Below, piece after piece: positions 1 through 13,177 of a DNA stretch of 64,000 nt. The position numbers and the translations under genes were made by a program. Within the stretch, counting starts at the first letter, position 1. Every line of letters begins with the position of its first letter. Source of the DNA: an uncultured Acidimicrobiia bacterium (GTDB lineage Bacteria; Acidobacteriota; Vicinamibacteria; Vicinamibacterales; UBA2999). A model generated the notes under the pieces. It saw only the letters and a program-made list of their open reading frames with translations, was not told where the DNA came from and ran no database searches. The stretch covers positions 833,133 to 897,132 of the forward strand of contig CAWARO010000001.1 of assembly GCA_963784445.1 (NCBI GenBank). Reading direction: 5' to 3'.

Positions 1-567
1 GTGCGTGAAGCCCTGGTCGCCGACGGCGAGCACCTCGTCGACCAGCAGCACTTCGGGATCGACGTGCACGGCCACGGCGAAGCCGAGGCGCATATACATG
101 CCTGACGAGTAGGTCTTCACCGGCGCGTCGATGAAGTCCTGCATCTCGGCAAACTCGACGATCTCGTCGAACCGCCGCATGATGTCCTTCTTCGTGAGGC
201 CCAGCATGATGCCGTTGATGAAGATGTTCTCGCGGCCAGAGATTTCCGGATGGAACCCGGCGCCAAGCTCGATCAGCGCCGAGATGCGGCCGTCAACCTT
301 GACGCTGCCTTGAGTGGGACGCGTAATCCCCGCCACACACTTGAGCAGCGTGCTCTTGCCGGAGCCGTTGCGGCCGATCACGCCATACGTGCAGCCCTTC
401 GGCACCGAAAACGACACACCGCGAAGCGCCTGGAACGTTTCGTCGGGCTTCAAATCGCCCAGCAGGCTGCCGTCGAGGATCGCTGACTTCAGCGTGGCAA
501 ACTGCCGCTTTCGCGCGTAACGGCGGTAGACCTTCGAGACGTTGATGACGTCAATGGCGGGCGTCAT
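1..567 (-). CDS. ABC transporter ATP-binding protein, polysaccharide/teichoic-acid exporter type (Wzt/TagH-like); 3' end runs off the window
   Basis: Absent from the ORF track because no stop lies in the window. My minus-strand translation from the ATG at 567 reads MTPAIDVINVSKVYRRY...GVIGRNGSGKSTLLK (Walker A)...YSSGMYMRLGFAVA (signature-like)...LLVDEVLAVGD (Walker B). ATGA stop/start overlap with the upstream permease at 564-567. Confidence 0.85.
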   Translation of the reverse strand, partial: MTPAIDVINVSKVYRRYARKRQFATLKSAILDGSLLGDLKPDETFQALRGVSFSVPKGCTYGVIGRNGSGKSTLLKCVAGITRPTQGSVKVDGRISALIELGAGFHPEISGRENIFINGIMLGLTKKDIMRRFDEIVEFAEMQDFIDAPVKTYSSGMYMRLGFAVAVHVDPEVLLVDEVLAVGDQGFTH

Positions 568-1358
568 ACTTCTTCCGCAAAACTATCGCGAAGCCGGTCA
601 AACACGAAGTATCCGATCAGGAACACGAACACCGACGCCACGGCGAGCGCGACCAGCCACAGCCAATGCCCGTGCGGGCCCGGGAAGAACAGCACCTCCT
701 GATACGAGATCATGATGTGCGTCATCGGGTTGAGATTCAGCCACCAGCGCATGTCCTGCGGAATCGACTGCATCGGGTAGATGATCGGCGTGGCGAAGAA
801 CCAGAACTGCATCAGGTTGCCGAGCAGGTCCTTGAGATCGCGGAAGTGCACCGTCATCGCCGACAGTAGCAGCGCCAGTCCGATGGTGAGGACGAGCTGC
901 ACGAGCACGATCACCGGGAACCACAACAGCTGCAGGCCCTCGATCGGCCGCTGGTAGTAGATCAGGAACGCCACGAGAATCACGAGCCCGAGGAAGAAGT
1001 GCACCATGTTCGCCAGCACGGTGACGATCGGCAGCACTTCGGCCGGAAACAGCACCTTCTTGATCAGGTTCCCACCGGCAATCAGCGTGTTCGCCGATTC
1101 GAGCAGCGATGACGAGAACCAGGTCCACGGCAGGATGCCGCAGAACATGAACAGCGCGTAGGGCTGCATGTCGGGTGGATGCGTGCCGGGCAACACCTTC
1201 GTGAACACGAAGGTGTAGATCAGCAGCAGCATCAAGGGATTGAAGAAGGACCAGAAGAAGCCGAGGACGGAGCCCCGATACCGCGCCTTGAGGTCGCGGA
1301 CGACCAGGGTCTGAATCAGTCCGCGGTATCGGAGGAGCTTGGCGAGATTGCTAAACAT
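564..1358 (-). CDS. ABC-2 type transporter permease (Wzm/TagG-like)
   Basis: 264 aa multi-TM ORF. The N-terminus LIQTLVVRDLKARYRGSVLGFFWSFFNPLMLLLIY is typical of ABC-2 polysaccharide exporter permeases. Translationally coupled to the ATPase. Confidence 0.85.
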   Translation of the reverse strand: MFSNLAKLLRYRGLIQTLVVRDLKARYRGSVLGFFWSFFNPLMLLLIYTFVFTKVLPGTHPPDMQPYALFMFCGILPWTWFSSSLLESANTLIAGGNLIKKVLFPAEVLPIVTVLANMVHFFLGLVILVAFLIYYQRPIEGLQLLWFPVIVLVQLVLTIGLALLLSAMTVHFRDLKDLLGNLMQFWFFATPIIYPMQSIPQDMRWWLNLNPMTHIMISYQEVLFFPGPHGHWLWLVALAVASVFVFLIGYFVFDRLRDSFAEEV

Positions 1359-1390
1359 CCGTTATCCGCCAGGAGGCGGACATCACCATC

Positions 1391-1804
1391 TCACATCCCC
1401 CGGCGCATTTCCGCCTGCATCCGCTGCAAGGTAGTGAGCATCTCCCGGCGCGCGCGCTCGAAGTCGATCTCGTGAGGCACCGCGCCCATCATCTCCTCGG
1501 CGCGCTTCATGCCGCTTTCCGCGCGTTCCTGGTCGAGCTCTTCCGCGCGCTCGGCGACGTGTGCCAGCACTGTCACCGAGTCAGGCAACACTTCCGCGAA
1601 CCCCACCGACACCATCAGGAAGTGCTTCTCGCCGCCCTGCCGGTACCACATCGCCCCAGTTCTGAGCGACGTGAAGAACGGCGTGTGTCCCGGCAGCACG
1701 CCGAAGTCGCCTTCGCTGCCAGGCATCGAGACCTCGTCGACCTCCTGGGAAATCGACGTGTCGGGCGAGACGATGTGCAGGGTGAGTTTAGTGGGTAAGG
1801 CCAT
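1391..1804 (-). CDS. atpC: F1 ATP synthase subunit epsilon
   Basis: 137 aa. Contains LHIVSPD...VSMPGSEGDFGVLPGHTPFFTSL. Last gene of the atp cluster. Confidence 0.9.
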   Translation of the reverse strand: MALPTKLTLHIVSPDTSISQEVDEVSMPGSEGDFGVLPGHTPFFTSLRTGAMWYRQGGEKHFLMVSVGFAEVLPDSVTVLAHVAERAEELDQERAESGMKRAEEMMGAVPHEIDFERARREMLTTLQRMQAEMRRGM

Positions 1805-1872
1805 GTCGGTGTGGGGATCGGGGATCGGGGATCGATCTGTTTACCGATCCCTGATCCGTGAGCCCCGATCCC

Positions 1873-5796
<3,924 letters not shown>

Positions 5797-5800
<4 letters not shown>

Positions 5801-6342
5801 TGTTCAACCAACTGTTTGCGCAGCTGTTCGAGCTGCGTCCTCACGCTGCCGTCGTAGACCGTACTGCCGATCTTGGCGACCACGCCGCCGAGCAGCTCGG
5901 CATCGACGCTCGTCGACAATTCGACTTTCTTCCCGGTGACTTTCGAGAGGCGTTCCGCGAGCGCTTTCGTCTTCTCCGGCGAGAGCGGCACGGCGCTCGT
6001 CACTTCGGCGCGCACGATGTTGTGGTGCTCGAGCAGCCGCTCGCGATACGCCTCGGCGAGATCGGGCAGATAGTGCAGCTTGCGGGTCTCGGCGAGCAGC
6101 ACCAGCAACTTCGTCACCGGCGTCGACAAGCTCATCGCCTTCGACACCGCTTCCATCAGCGACTTTCGCGCGGCCTCGGTGACCGTGCCACGCTTGGACG
6201 CGGCGGCCAGGTCCGGGCTCGCCTGCATCATGGCGATCACGGCCTGCAAATCGCGATCGATCTGGTCGAGGTCGGCCTTCTCCTGCAGCGCCACATCGAA
6301 CAGCGCTTTCGCGTACCGGTTGGCTGAGGTGCGGAGTGACAT
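5797..6342 (-). CDS. atpH: F1 ATP synthase subunit delta (OSCP)
   Basis: 181 aa. Contains [12 protein letters not shown]... . ATGA overlap with atpA. Position in the operon fits. Confidence 0.85.
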
Positions 6343-7095
6343 CTACTGCTGCTCCTTCACCTGCGAGAGATAGCGATCGACGAGCCGTTCCTGGTCGGCC
6401 GGCGTGACGTCTTTCTTGATTCGCTCGGCGGCGAGCTGTACCGACAGGTTGGCGGCGTGCTCGAGAATCTCTTTCTTCGCGAGCCGCACCTGCAGATCGA
6501 TCTCGCGGCGCGTCTGTTCGAGCAGCCGATCGCGATCCGCGGCCGCCTGGGCGGCAATACGTGCGTCTTCGGCTTTGATTTCCTCGGCGCCGCGCGCGCG
6601 CAGCGCGACGAGTTCGCCGGGCAGCGCCTTGAGCTTCTGTTCGATGGTCTCGAGTTGCGCGGTGGCCGCAGCGCGCAGCTCGGCCGCCTCGACGAGGTCC
6701 TTGCGGATGGAGGAACCGCGTGTGGCGAGGTAGTCGCGGAGCGGCTGGTTGAGGAAGTAATAGAGGATGCCGACGAAGATGATGAAGTTGGCGACCGGCC
6801 AACCCATCCCTAAGATCATTCCGCCGATGCTTTCGTCATGGCCGCCTTCAGCGGCGTGTTCGCCTTCGGGCTGCGCATGATCTGCTGCGGCCTGACCCGC
6901 CGGAGCCGGCGGATGTTCCTGCCCGCCTTCGCGGCCGTAGGCCGCTCCGGCGAGGTCGCGCCGTGGCTCCGCAGAAACTTGCGGAGCGGAGGCGGATGCC
7001 GGCACGGCTGCTGCGAACGTCAGCAAAAACGCTGCAAACAAGGCAGTTAAGACTTTGTTCTTTAATTCACAAGCGGCGAGGAACGGGGTCTGCAA
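6343..7095 (-). CDS. atpF: Fo ATP synthase subunit b with a signal-peptide-like, His/Glu-rich N-terminal extension (start uncertain)
   Basis: TM helix GWPVANFIIFVGILYYFL followed by a long coiled coil. I prefer the TTG at 7093-7095, which lies 7 nt after AAGGAA and gives (M)QTPFLAACELKNKVLTALFAAFLLTFAAAVPASASA. The alternative ATG at 6819 gives 158 aa. The ORF-track start at 7332 overlaps the b' gene and is rejected. Confidence 0.7.
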   Translation of the reverse strand: MQTPFLAACELKNKVLTALFAAFLLTFAAAVPASASAPQVSAEPRRDLAGAAYGREGGQEHPPAPAGQAAADHAQPEGEHAAEGGHDESIGGMILGMGWPVANFIIFVGILYYFLNQPLRDYLATRGSSIRKDLVEAAELRAAATAQLETIEQKLKALPGELVALRARGAEEIKAEDARIAAQAAADRDRLLEQTRREIDLQVRLAKKEILEHAANLSVQLAAERIKKDVTPADQERLVDRYLSQVKEQQ

Positions 7096-7114
7096 CTTCA
7101 GATTCCTTGCTTGT

Positions 7115-7540
7115 TTAGGAAGCGCGTCCGAGGACGCGAGACACGATCGCGCCCGCCAGATGTGAAGCGTCGCGATCGAGCGCGGCGCGCGCCTCTGTCG
7201 ATTCCTGCTGCACGCGCGCCGTGGCCGCAGAGAGTTCCTGCCCGACGGTCGCGCGAGTGGCTGCGAGAAGCTCGGCGCGCTTGTCGAGCGCGGCTTTTCG
7301 CATGTCGTCCATTTGCCCATAGACCTCGGCACGAGCGGTATTCAATTTCTGATCGTATTCAGCGGCGGCCGCGGCAGCTTTCTGCGCCGAGGACTCGGCG
7401 ATCTCACGCGCGCCGCGAACGGCCGTGGCGCGCTCGTCGATGACAAGGAGGATCGGCTTGAAGACCAGCGTGTTGAGCAGGAAGGTGCACAACAGCAGGA
7501 AACCGACGACCCAAAGTGCAGTGATATCCGGGGTTAACAA
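7115..7540 (-). CDS. Fo ATP synthase subunit b' (second b-type subunit)
   Basis: 141 aa. An N-terminal TM helix (ALWVVGFLLLCTFLLNTLVF) is followed by an Ala/Glu/Arg-rich helix. First gene of the cluster. Confidence 0.8.
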   Translation of the reverse strand: MLTPDITALWVVGFLLLCTFLLNTLVFKPILLVIDERATAVRGAREIAESSAQKAAAAAAEYDQKLNTARAEVYGQMDDMRKAALDKRAELLAATRATVGQELSAATARVQQESTEARAALDRDASHLAGAIVSRVLGRAS

Positions 7541-7567
7541 ACAATTAAATCTATCACGTTCCCTACG

Positions 7568-7610
7568 GGTTCCAAGGGTTCCAGGGGTTCCAAAGGTTCC
7601 AGGGGTTTGG
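7568..7610. repeat. 9-bp tandem repeat GGTTCCARR x4 in the selD-atp spacer
   Basis: The sequence reads ggttccaag ggttccagg ggttccaaa ggttccagg ggtttgg. Extra GTTCC copies lie at 7558 and 7620. Confidence 0.9.
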
Positions 7611-7636
7611 TGCGGGTGGGTTCCGAATTCGGGTAG

Positions 7637-8683
7637 TTAACCAAATTTAAGTCTTGAACCACCTGCGGAGGTTACGGATCCCACAAAACTGGCCGAAATT
7701 CCAGCGTTTTCCAGGTTGGCGAAGACCGCATCTGCTGCTTGGGCGCCGACCGACAAGAGTAAGCCTCCCGATGTTTGAGGATCAAAAATCACATCCCGGC
7801 GGGCTTCCGATACGTCCCGACTAAATTCAATCCCCGCCGCAAAGTGCTCCCGGTTTGTATTCATTCCCCCGGACTTGTTTTCCGCGGTCATCGCCAGCAC
7901 GCCTGGGATGATCGGCAACGCGCTCGCGTCGAACTCGATCGTCACGTGACTGGCCGCGGCCATCTCCGATGCGTGACCCGCCAGGCCGAAGCCGGTGATG
8001 TCGGTGCACGCGTGAACGCCATCGCCGTTCGCGATGGCTTCCGCCGCTGCCTTGTTCAACGTTCGCATCTGCGCCACCGCAAGATCGATCACGTCCTGTG
8101 ACGCTCGGCCGAACTTGATCGCGGTGCCGACGATGCCGGTGCCGAGAGCCTTGGTAAGAATCAAACGATCGCCCGGCTTCGCGCCGGCGTTGGTGAGGAT
8201 GCGTTTGGGATCGATCGCGCCGGTGACCGCGTAACCAAATTTGATCTCGCGATCCTGCACCGTGTGACCGCCAAGTAACGCCACGCCCGCCTCGCGCAAC
8301 TTGTCGAAGCCGCCGCGAAAGATCTGCGCAATGTCGTCGGTGTGCAGGCCATCCTGCGGGAACGCCGCAATCGCCAGCGCCGTGAGGGGCCGGCCGCCCA
8401 TGGCATACACGTCACTCAGTGCATTCGCCGCGGCGATCTGTCCGTAGATATACGGGTCGTCGACGATCGGCGTGAAGAAATCCACCGTCTGCACCAGCGC
8501 CGGTCCACCCTCCCACGCGTACACACCAGCATCGTCCGCAGTCCTGTAGTCAACGAGGATGCGTGGATCCGATTGAACTGGTATGCCGCTCAGGACCTGA
8601 GCGAGCTCGCCGGCTGCGAGTTTGCTCGCTCAACCGGCGCAGCTGACCATCTCGGTCAGCCGGCGCCTTTGCTGTGTCGTCAT
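7637..8683 (-). CDS. selD: Selenide, water dikinase (selenophosphate synthetase), selenocysteine-containing; in-frame UGA at 8630-8632
   Basis: The ORF track starts at 8524. Reading upstream in frame gives [60 protein letters not shown]... . The U-x-x-K spacing matches the SelD active-site Cys/Sec-Lys motif. The ATG at 8683 overlaps the parB stop (ATGA). Confidence 0.85.
8587..8629 (-). promoter_or_regulatory. Candidate bacterial SECIS for selD
   Basis: The mRNA downstream of the UGA contains CGCUCA-GGUCC-UGAGCG (plus-strand 8587-8603). The GGUC apical loop resembles the E. coli fdhF SECIS loop, recalled from memory. Confidence 0.45.
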
Positions 8684-9573
8684 TTGCGTTCCGTTAGATA
8701 TTCGTACAACCGCTGGAGCTCGTTCTCGTTCGTGAAGGCGATCGCGATCGTGCCTCCTTTTCCTTTGCGCTTGATCTCAACAGGAGTGCCAAGCGTGATG
8801 CGCAGCTGTTCTTCGGCCGCGCGCGTGTGGACGTCCTTCTTCGCTTTGAGCGGCGCCGTGGTGGTGGCGCCGCGCTTGTCGTCGATCTCTTTCTTGACGA
8901 GCGCTTCGGTCTCACGCACCGAGAGGCCGCGCGACACCACGTCGCGCGCGAGACGGCGTTGGTCGCTCTCGGAGGTCAACGCCACGATCGCGCGGGCGTG
9001 GCCCATCGAGAGCGCGCCCGAGGCCACGTTGCCGCGGACCTCTTCCGGCAGCTTGAGCAGGCGCAGGTAGTTCGCCACCGTCGCGCGATCCTTGCCAACT
9101 TGCGCGGCAATGTCGTCTTGCGTCAATTGAAAGTCGGAAACCAGGCGCTGATACGCGGCCGCCGCTTCCATCGGGTTGAGATCCTCGCGCTGGATGTTCT
9201 CGATCAGCGCCATCTCCAGCAGGCGCTTGCGATCGGTCGCGGCGATGTCCCTGACGACGATGGGGACTTTGGTGAGTTGGGCGCGCTGGGCAGCGCGCCA
9301 GCGGCGCTCGCCGGCGATGATCTGGTAGCGCTCACGCGCGGAGAGCGCGTTCTCGATCCTGCGCACGACGATCGGCTGAATCACGCCGTTGGCCTTGATC
9401 GATCGCGCGAGATCGTCGAGGCGCGCATCGTCCATGTGCGCGCGCGGCTGATACTGATTCGGCTCGAGCTGATCGATATCGACCTCGACGGACGAGCGTG
9501 GCGCGGTGAGCGCGTCTGATGCGTCGGGGATCAGCGCGCTGAGTCCTTTGCCAAGAGCTGGTCTTTTCTCCAT
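8680..9573 (-). CDS. parB: Chromosome partitioning protein ParB/Spo0J
   Basis: 297 aa. Contains LEPNQYQPR, GVIQPIVVR and IIAGERRWRAA. Confidence 0.93.
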   Translation of the reverse strand: MEKRPALGKGLSALIPDASDALTAPRSSVEVDIDQLEPNQYQPRAHMDDARLDDLARSIKANGVIQPIVVRRIENALSARERYQIIAGERRWRAAQRAQLTKVPIVVRDIAATDRKRLLEMALIENIQREDLNPMEAAAAYQRLVSDFQLTQDDIAAQVGKDRATVANYLRLLKLPEEVRGNVASGALSMGHARAIVALTSESDQRRLARDVVSRGLSVRETEALVKKEIDDKRGATTTAPLKAKKDVHTRAAEEQLRITLGTPVEIKRKGKGGTIAIAFTNENELQRLYEYLTERK

Positions 9574-9591
9574 GGTTGTTCCTGGCTACTG

Positions 9592-10380
9592 CTACTGGAT
9601 ACTGGCTACTTCTGTATTGCGTTCGAGCACTTCGCGCGCGAAGGCGAAGTACGCCTCGGCGCCGCGCGAGCGGGCGTCGTAGGTCACAGCCGGCAGGCCA
9701 TGGCTCGGCGCTTCGGCGAGGCGCACGTTGCGCGGGATCACCGTGCGATAGACCTTGTCCTTGAAAAACTCGCGCACGTCGCGCGACACCTGCTGCCCCA
9801 AGTTGGTGCGGTCATCATTCATCGTCAGCAGCACGCCTTCGATGTCGAGCGTGGGATTGAGCGAGGCGCGCACGCGGCGCATGGTGGCCACGAGATCGGC
9901 GAGGCCTTCGAGCGCGAAATATTCGCAGTGAAGCGGGATGAGCACTTTGTCAGCGGCGACCAGCGCGTTGAGCGTGAGCAGTCCGAGCGACGGCGGCGAA
10001 TCGATGATCACGAAATCAAATTCGTCGCGCAGCTGCGCGAGAAGATTTTTGACGCGCCCTTCGCGGTCGTCGACGGCGATCAGTTCGATCTCGGCGCCGG
10101 AGAGATCGCGGGTGGCGGGAATCAGCCAGAGCCGCTCGATGGACGTCTGGAGAATGAAGTCGTGGACGTCGGCGCTGGGGTTGGTAATGGCTTCGTAGAT
10201 GGTGCCGCCTGGCGCGCGCTGGCCCTTCAGCCCGACGCCGCTGGTGGCGTTACCCTGGGCGTCACAGTCGACGAGCAGCACCTTGCGGCCTTCGAGGGCG
10301 AGCGCGGCGGCCAGATTGATCGCCGTGGTGGTCTTGCCGACGCCACCCTTCTGGTTTGTAACGGCGATAACTTTAGCCAT
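9592..10380 (-). CDS. parA: Chromosome partitioning ATPase ParA/Soj
   Basis: 262 aa. Deviant Walker A NQKGGVGKTTTAINLA. Confidence 0.93.
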   Translation of the reverse strand: MAKVIAVTNQKGGVGKTTTAINLAAALALEGRKVLLVDCDAQGNATSGVGLKGQRAPGGTIYEAITNPSADVHDFILQTSIERLWLIPATRDLSGAEIELIAVDDREGRVKNLLAQLRDEFDFVIIDSPPSLGLLTLNALVAADKVLIPLHCEYFALEGLADLVATMRRVRASLNPTLDIEGVLLTMNDDRTNLGQQVSRDVREFFKDKVYRTVIPRNVRLAEAPSHGLPAVTYDARSRGAEAYFAFAREVLERNTEVASIQ

Positions 10381-10457
10381 ATCAGTTAGTTATGGTTGTT
10401 TACTGTTGTTTGACCTAAACAACACGGCTCTGTGAAGTGTTGAACAGATTAGCGCAA

Positions 10458-10473
10458 CGTTCCACGTGGAACA
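10458..10473. promoter_or_regulatory. parS-like site CGTTCCACGTGGAACA
   Basis: Contains a 14-bp perfect palindrome GTTCCACGTGGAAC, compared with the Bacillus-type parS consensus TGTTNCACGTGAAACA. Lies 78 bp upstream of the parA start. Confidence 0.75.
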
Positions 10474-10500
10474 AGAGCCACTTTTGGTGCCTAGGGCAGG

Positions 10501-11163
10501 CTAAACGCGGGTCTTGCTAAGAATTACGAGCTTGCTGTGAAGCGCGTCAACAAGCGGGTATGTGGCCATCCAGGTGAGCGGTGGCGGCGGAGCGTCCTCG
10601 AGCTCACTGCGACTTGAGCCTCGAAATAACAGCAATTTCCCGCCTGTACGTAAGAAAGCCTGGAGCGTGAGGAGCGTCCGGGTTTCGATGCGGACAGCGC
10701 GAATAGACACGAGATCGAGGGTTTCGTGGAGCTCTGCGCGCGGAAGCAACTCCTCGAATCTCGACGTCTCGACTTCGGCATCACGCAGCCCGAGAGCCCG
10801 CACCGCTTCCCGGAGGAATACGGCCTTGCGGGTTTTGACTTCGACCATTCGCAGGTGAAGGTTCTCACTGGCGAGTTTCAACGGGATCGCCGGCGAGCCG
10901 CCACCGGATCCGGCATCGAGCAGTGTTCTAGCGTTTTCCGCGACGTAGCGGGCGGCAACGACCGGCTCGATTAGCAGCCGATCGATAGCGGCTTCATCCC
11001 CCTCCGGCGTCAGCTTGAACGCGGTGAGGTTGATCTTCGCGTTCCACTTGGTGAGGAGCTGGTAGTAAATCTCGAGTTTTTCGACGAGAGAAGGGTCGAG
11101 CGTAAGGCCCGCGGCCTTCGCTCGTTTCCTCAAACGCTCTCGGAATTCTCGATTGCTTCGCAT
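10501..11163 (-). CDS. rsmG: 16S rRNA (guanine527-N7)-methyltransferase
   Basis: 220 aa. Contains YYQLLTKWNAKINLTA and LLDAGSGGGSPAIPL. Confidence 0.9.
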   Translation of the reverse strand: MRSNREFRERLRKRAKAAGLTLDPSLVEKLEIYYQLLTKWNAKINLTAFKLTPEGDEAAIDRLLIEPVVAARYVAENARTLLDAGSGGGSPAIPLKLASENLHLRMVEVKTRKAVFLREAVRALGLRDAEVETSRFEELLPRAELHETLDLVSIRAVRIETRTLLTLQAFLRTGGKLLLFRGSSRSELEDAPPPPLTWMATYPLVDALHSKLVILSKTRV

Positions 11164-11283
11164 TGCCGAATGTCAAATTAGCGAATGGGAGACTGTTTGG
11201 CGATCGTTAATTTGGTGATCGTCAATTCGAATTGGTGGATCGCCGAATCCGAAAATCGCTCAACAATTGCTAATCATTCGATT

Positions 11284-13137
11284 TCAAATCGTCAATTTGA
11301 AGCGTCCCAAATAAGCCCCCACGACAGCTACGGCAGCGGGCGTGACACCCGGTATACGCTGCGCCTGCCCCAACGTTTCTGGGCGCGTTTCGGAGAATCG
11401 TTGGACCATCTCGCGCGAGAGCCCTGGCACTCGTTCGAAGGGAAAGGCCTCCGGAATCCGGCGTCTCTCGGCATGTTGAGCCCGGACAACCGCCTGCTCC
11501 TGCCGCAAGAGATACCCCTCGTACTTGACCGATGTCTCAACGGAAGCCATGTCCAGAAGCCGGTCGGCAGTCGAGGTTTGAACGGCAATCTCCCCCGTCG
11601 AGAGCAGCCCTTCCAGCGTGATTTCCGGCCGGCGTAATGCCTGGCTTGCCGGTACGCGTGCACCGCCGTCAACCCGCACCAGGCTCCGCCGGAGACCGTC
11701 GACGTTCGCGTCAAATCGCTGTTTTCTGGCCTGAAAACGCTCCCAACGAACGTCATCAACCAGGCCAATCTGGCGCCCTTTCGGCGTCAATCGCAGGTCG
11801 GCGTTGTCGGTCCGTAAGAGCAGCCGATACTCGGCGCGAGAGGTGAACATACGGTAAGGTTCGAGGCATCCTTTGGTCACCAGATCGTCCACCATGATGC
11901 CGAGGTAGGCCTCGTCTCTCCCGAGCGTCAGCGCCGGCCTTCGCTGAACGACACGGGCCGCATTGATGCCGGCTAACAGCCCCTGACCGGCCGCCTCCTC
12001 GTAACCGGAGGTGCCGTTGATCTGGCCGGCGAAAAACAGGCCGGAAATCCGGTGCGTTTCGAGCGACGAGCGCAGTTCTGTAGGCTGGACGAAGTCGTAT
12101 TCGACGGCATACCCAGGCCGCAGCATTTCTGCGGATTCCAGTCCTGGCAGCGCCTGAATCAAATCTCGCTGGGTCTCAGCGGGAAGGCTCATCGAAAAGC
12201 CGTTGATATAGATCTCCTCAACGTCCAGCCCCTCCGGCTCGAGGAACAGCTGATGCCGCTCGCGATGAGGGAATCGCATCACCTTGTCTTCGAGCGAAGG
12301 GCAGTATCTTGGCCCAATTCCCGCGATCTGCCCGTTATACAGAGGGGAATCGCCGATGTGCCCGCGCACCAGCTCGTGGACGCGATCGGTGGTGTGGAGG
12401 AGGTAACACGCCGCGACGTTCTTCGGCTGTTCTGTGGCCATGAACGAGAACGGAACCGGCGCGTCATCGCCGTGTTCCACGTGGAACACTCCGCGCTTGA
12501 CGCCTTCGTCAAACTCGATCGACTTTCGAGCGAGCCGCGGCGGCGTTCCGGTCTTCAATCGGCCCCAGCGGAAGCCTAATTCCTTGATGGAGTCGGCCAA
12601 ATCGCGCGACGGTGGCTCGCCGGCCCGGCCCGCGGGCCTCTGTTCGCGCCCAACGTGAACCAGACCGTTGAGGAACGTGCCGGTCGTGATAACGAGCGCT
12701 TTGCAGCCGAAACTTCGCCCATCCTCGAGCTGAAGTCCGGAAATCTTGCCGTTTTCGAGCAAAATCCGCCCAGCACGGCCGATGATCCACTCAATGTTCG
12801 GTTCGGCCTCCAGGGCGGCGCGCACCCATTCGCCGTAGCGGGCCTTGTCGGCCTGCGCCCTGGGCGACCACACCGCCGGCCCGCGCGAGCGATTAAGGAG
12901 TTTGAATTGTATTCCCGTAGCGTCGATTGCGCGGCCCATCAATCCGCCCAGCGCATCGATTTCTCGGACCAAATGCCCCTTCGCCGTGCCGCCAACCGCG
13001 GGATTGCAGGGCATGTGCGCGACGGTTTCTCGAGTGAGCGTGCAGAGTCCTACGCTGCGGCCCAACCTCGCCGCCGCCCACGCAGCCTCAACGCCGGCGT
13101 GACCGCAGCCGATCACGATGACATCGTATTCACTCAT
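11284..13137 (-). CDS. mnmG: tRNA uridine 5-carboxymethylaminomethyl modification enzyme MnmG (GidA)
   Basis: 617 aa. N-terminus MSEYDVIVIGCGHAGVEAA (FAD fold). GidA-like throughout. Confidence 0.97.
   Translation of the reverse strand: MSEYDVIVIGCGHAGVEAAWAAARLGRSVGLCTLTRETVAHMPCNPAVGGTAKGHLVREIDALGGLMGRAIDATGIQFKLLNRSRGPAVWSPRAQADKARYGEWVRAALEAEPNIEWIIGRAGRILLENGKISGLQLEDGRSFGCKALVITTGTFLNGLVHVGREQRPAGRAGEPPSRDLADSIKELGFRWGRLKTGTPPRLARKSIEFDEGVKRGVFHVEHGDDAPVPFSFMATEQPKNVAACYLLHTTDRVHELVRGHIGDSPLYNGQIAGIGPRYCPSLEDKVMRFPHRERHQLFLEPEGLDVEEIYINGFSMSLPAETQRDLIQALPGLESAEMLRPGYAVEYDFVQPTELRSSLETHRISGLFFAGQINGTSGYEEAAGQGLLAGINAARVVQRRPALTLGRDEAYLGIMVDDLVTKGCLEPYRMFTSRAEYRLLLRTDNADLRLTPKGRQIGLVDDVRWERFQARKQRFDANVDGLRRSLVRVDGGARVPASQALRRPEITLEGLLSTGEIAVQTSTADRLLDMASVETSVKYEGYLLRQEQAVVRAQHAERRRIPEAFPFERVPGLSREMVQRFSETRPETLGQAQRIPGVTPAAVAVVGAYLGRFKLTI
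12473..12488. promoter_or_regulatory. parS-like site TGTTCCACGTGGAACA inside the mnmG coding sequence
   Basis: Perfect 16-bp palindrome sharing its 14-bp core with the site at 10458. Confidence 0.75.
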
Positions 13138-13177
13138 GGATTCTTAATTTTTTGCAAGTGTTCGTTATGTATCAGCG

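Noticed and set aside
5804-6802. 332-aa minus-strand ORF spanning atpH and atpF in an alternative frame.
   Set aside because: The translation is Arg/Ala-rich. It is out of frame with two clearly homologous ATP synthase subunits that occupy the same DNA.
7558-7624. Short tandem repeats (here and at 1813, 17051, 23421, 30889, 50731 and 58285) as possible CRISPR arrays.
   Set aside because: Units are 7-11 nt with no unique spacers, arrays are under 70 bp, and there are no cas genes. They do not fit CRISPR architecture.
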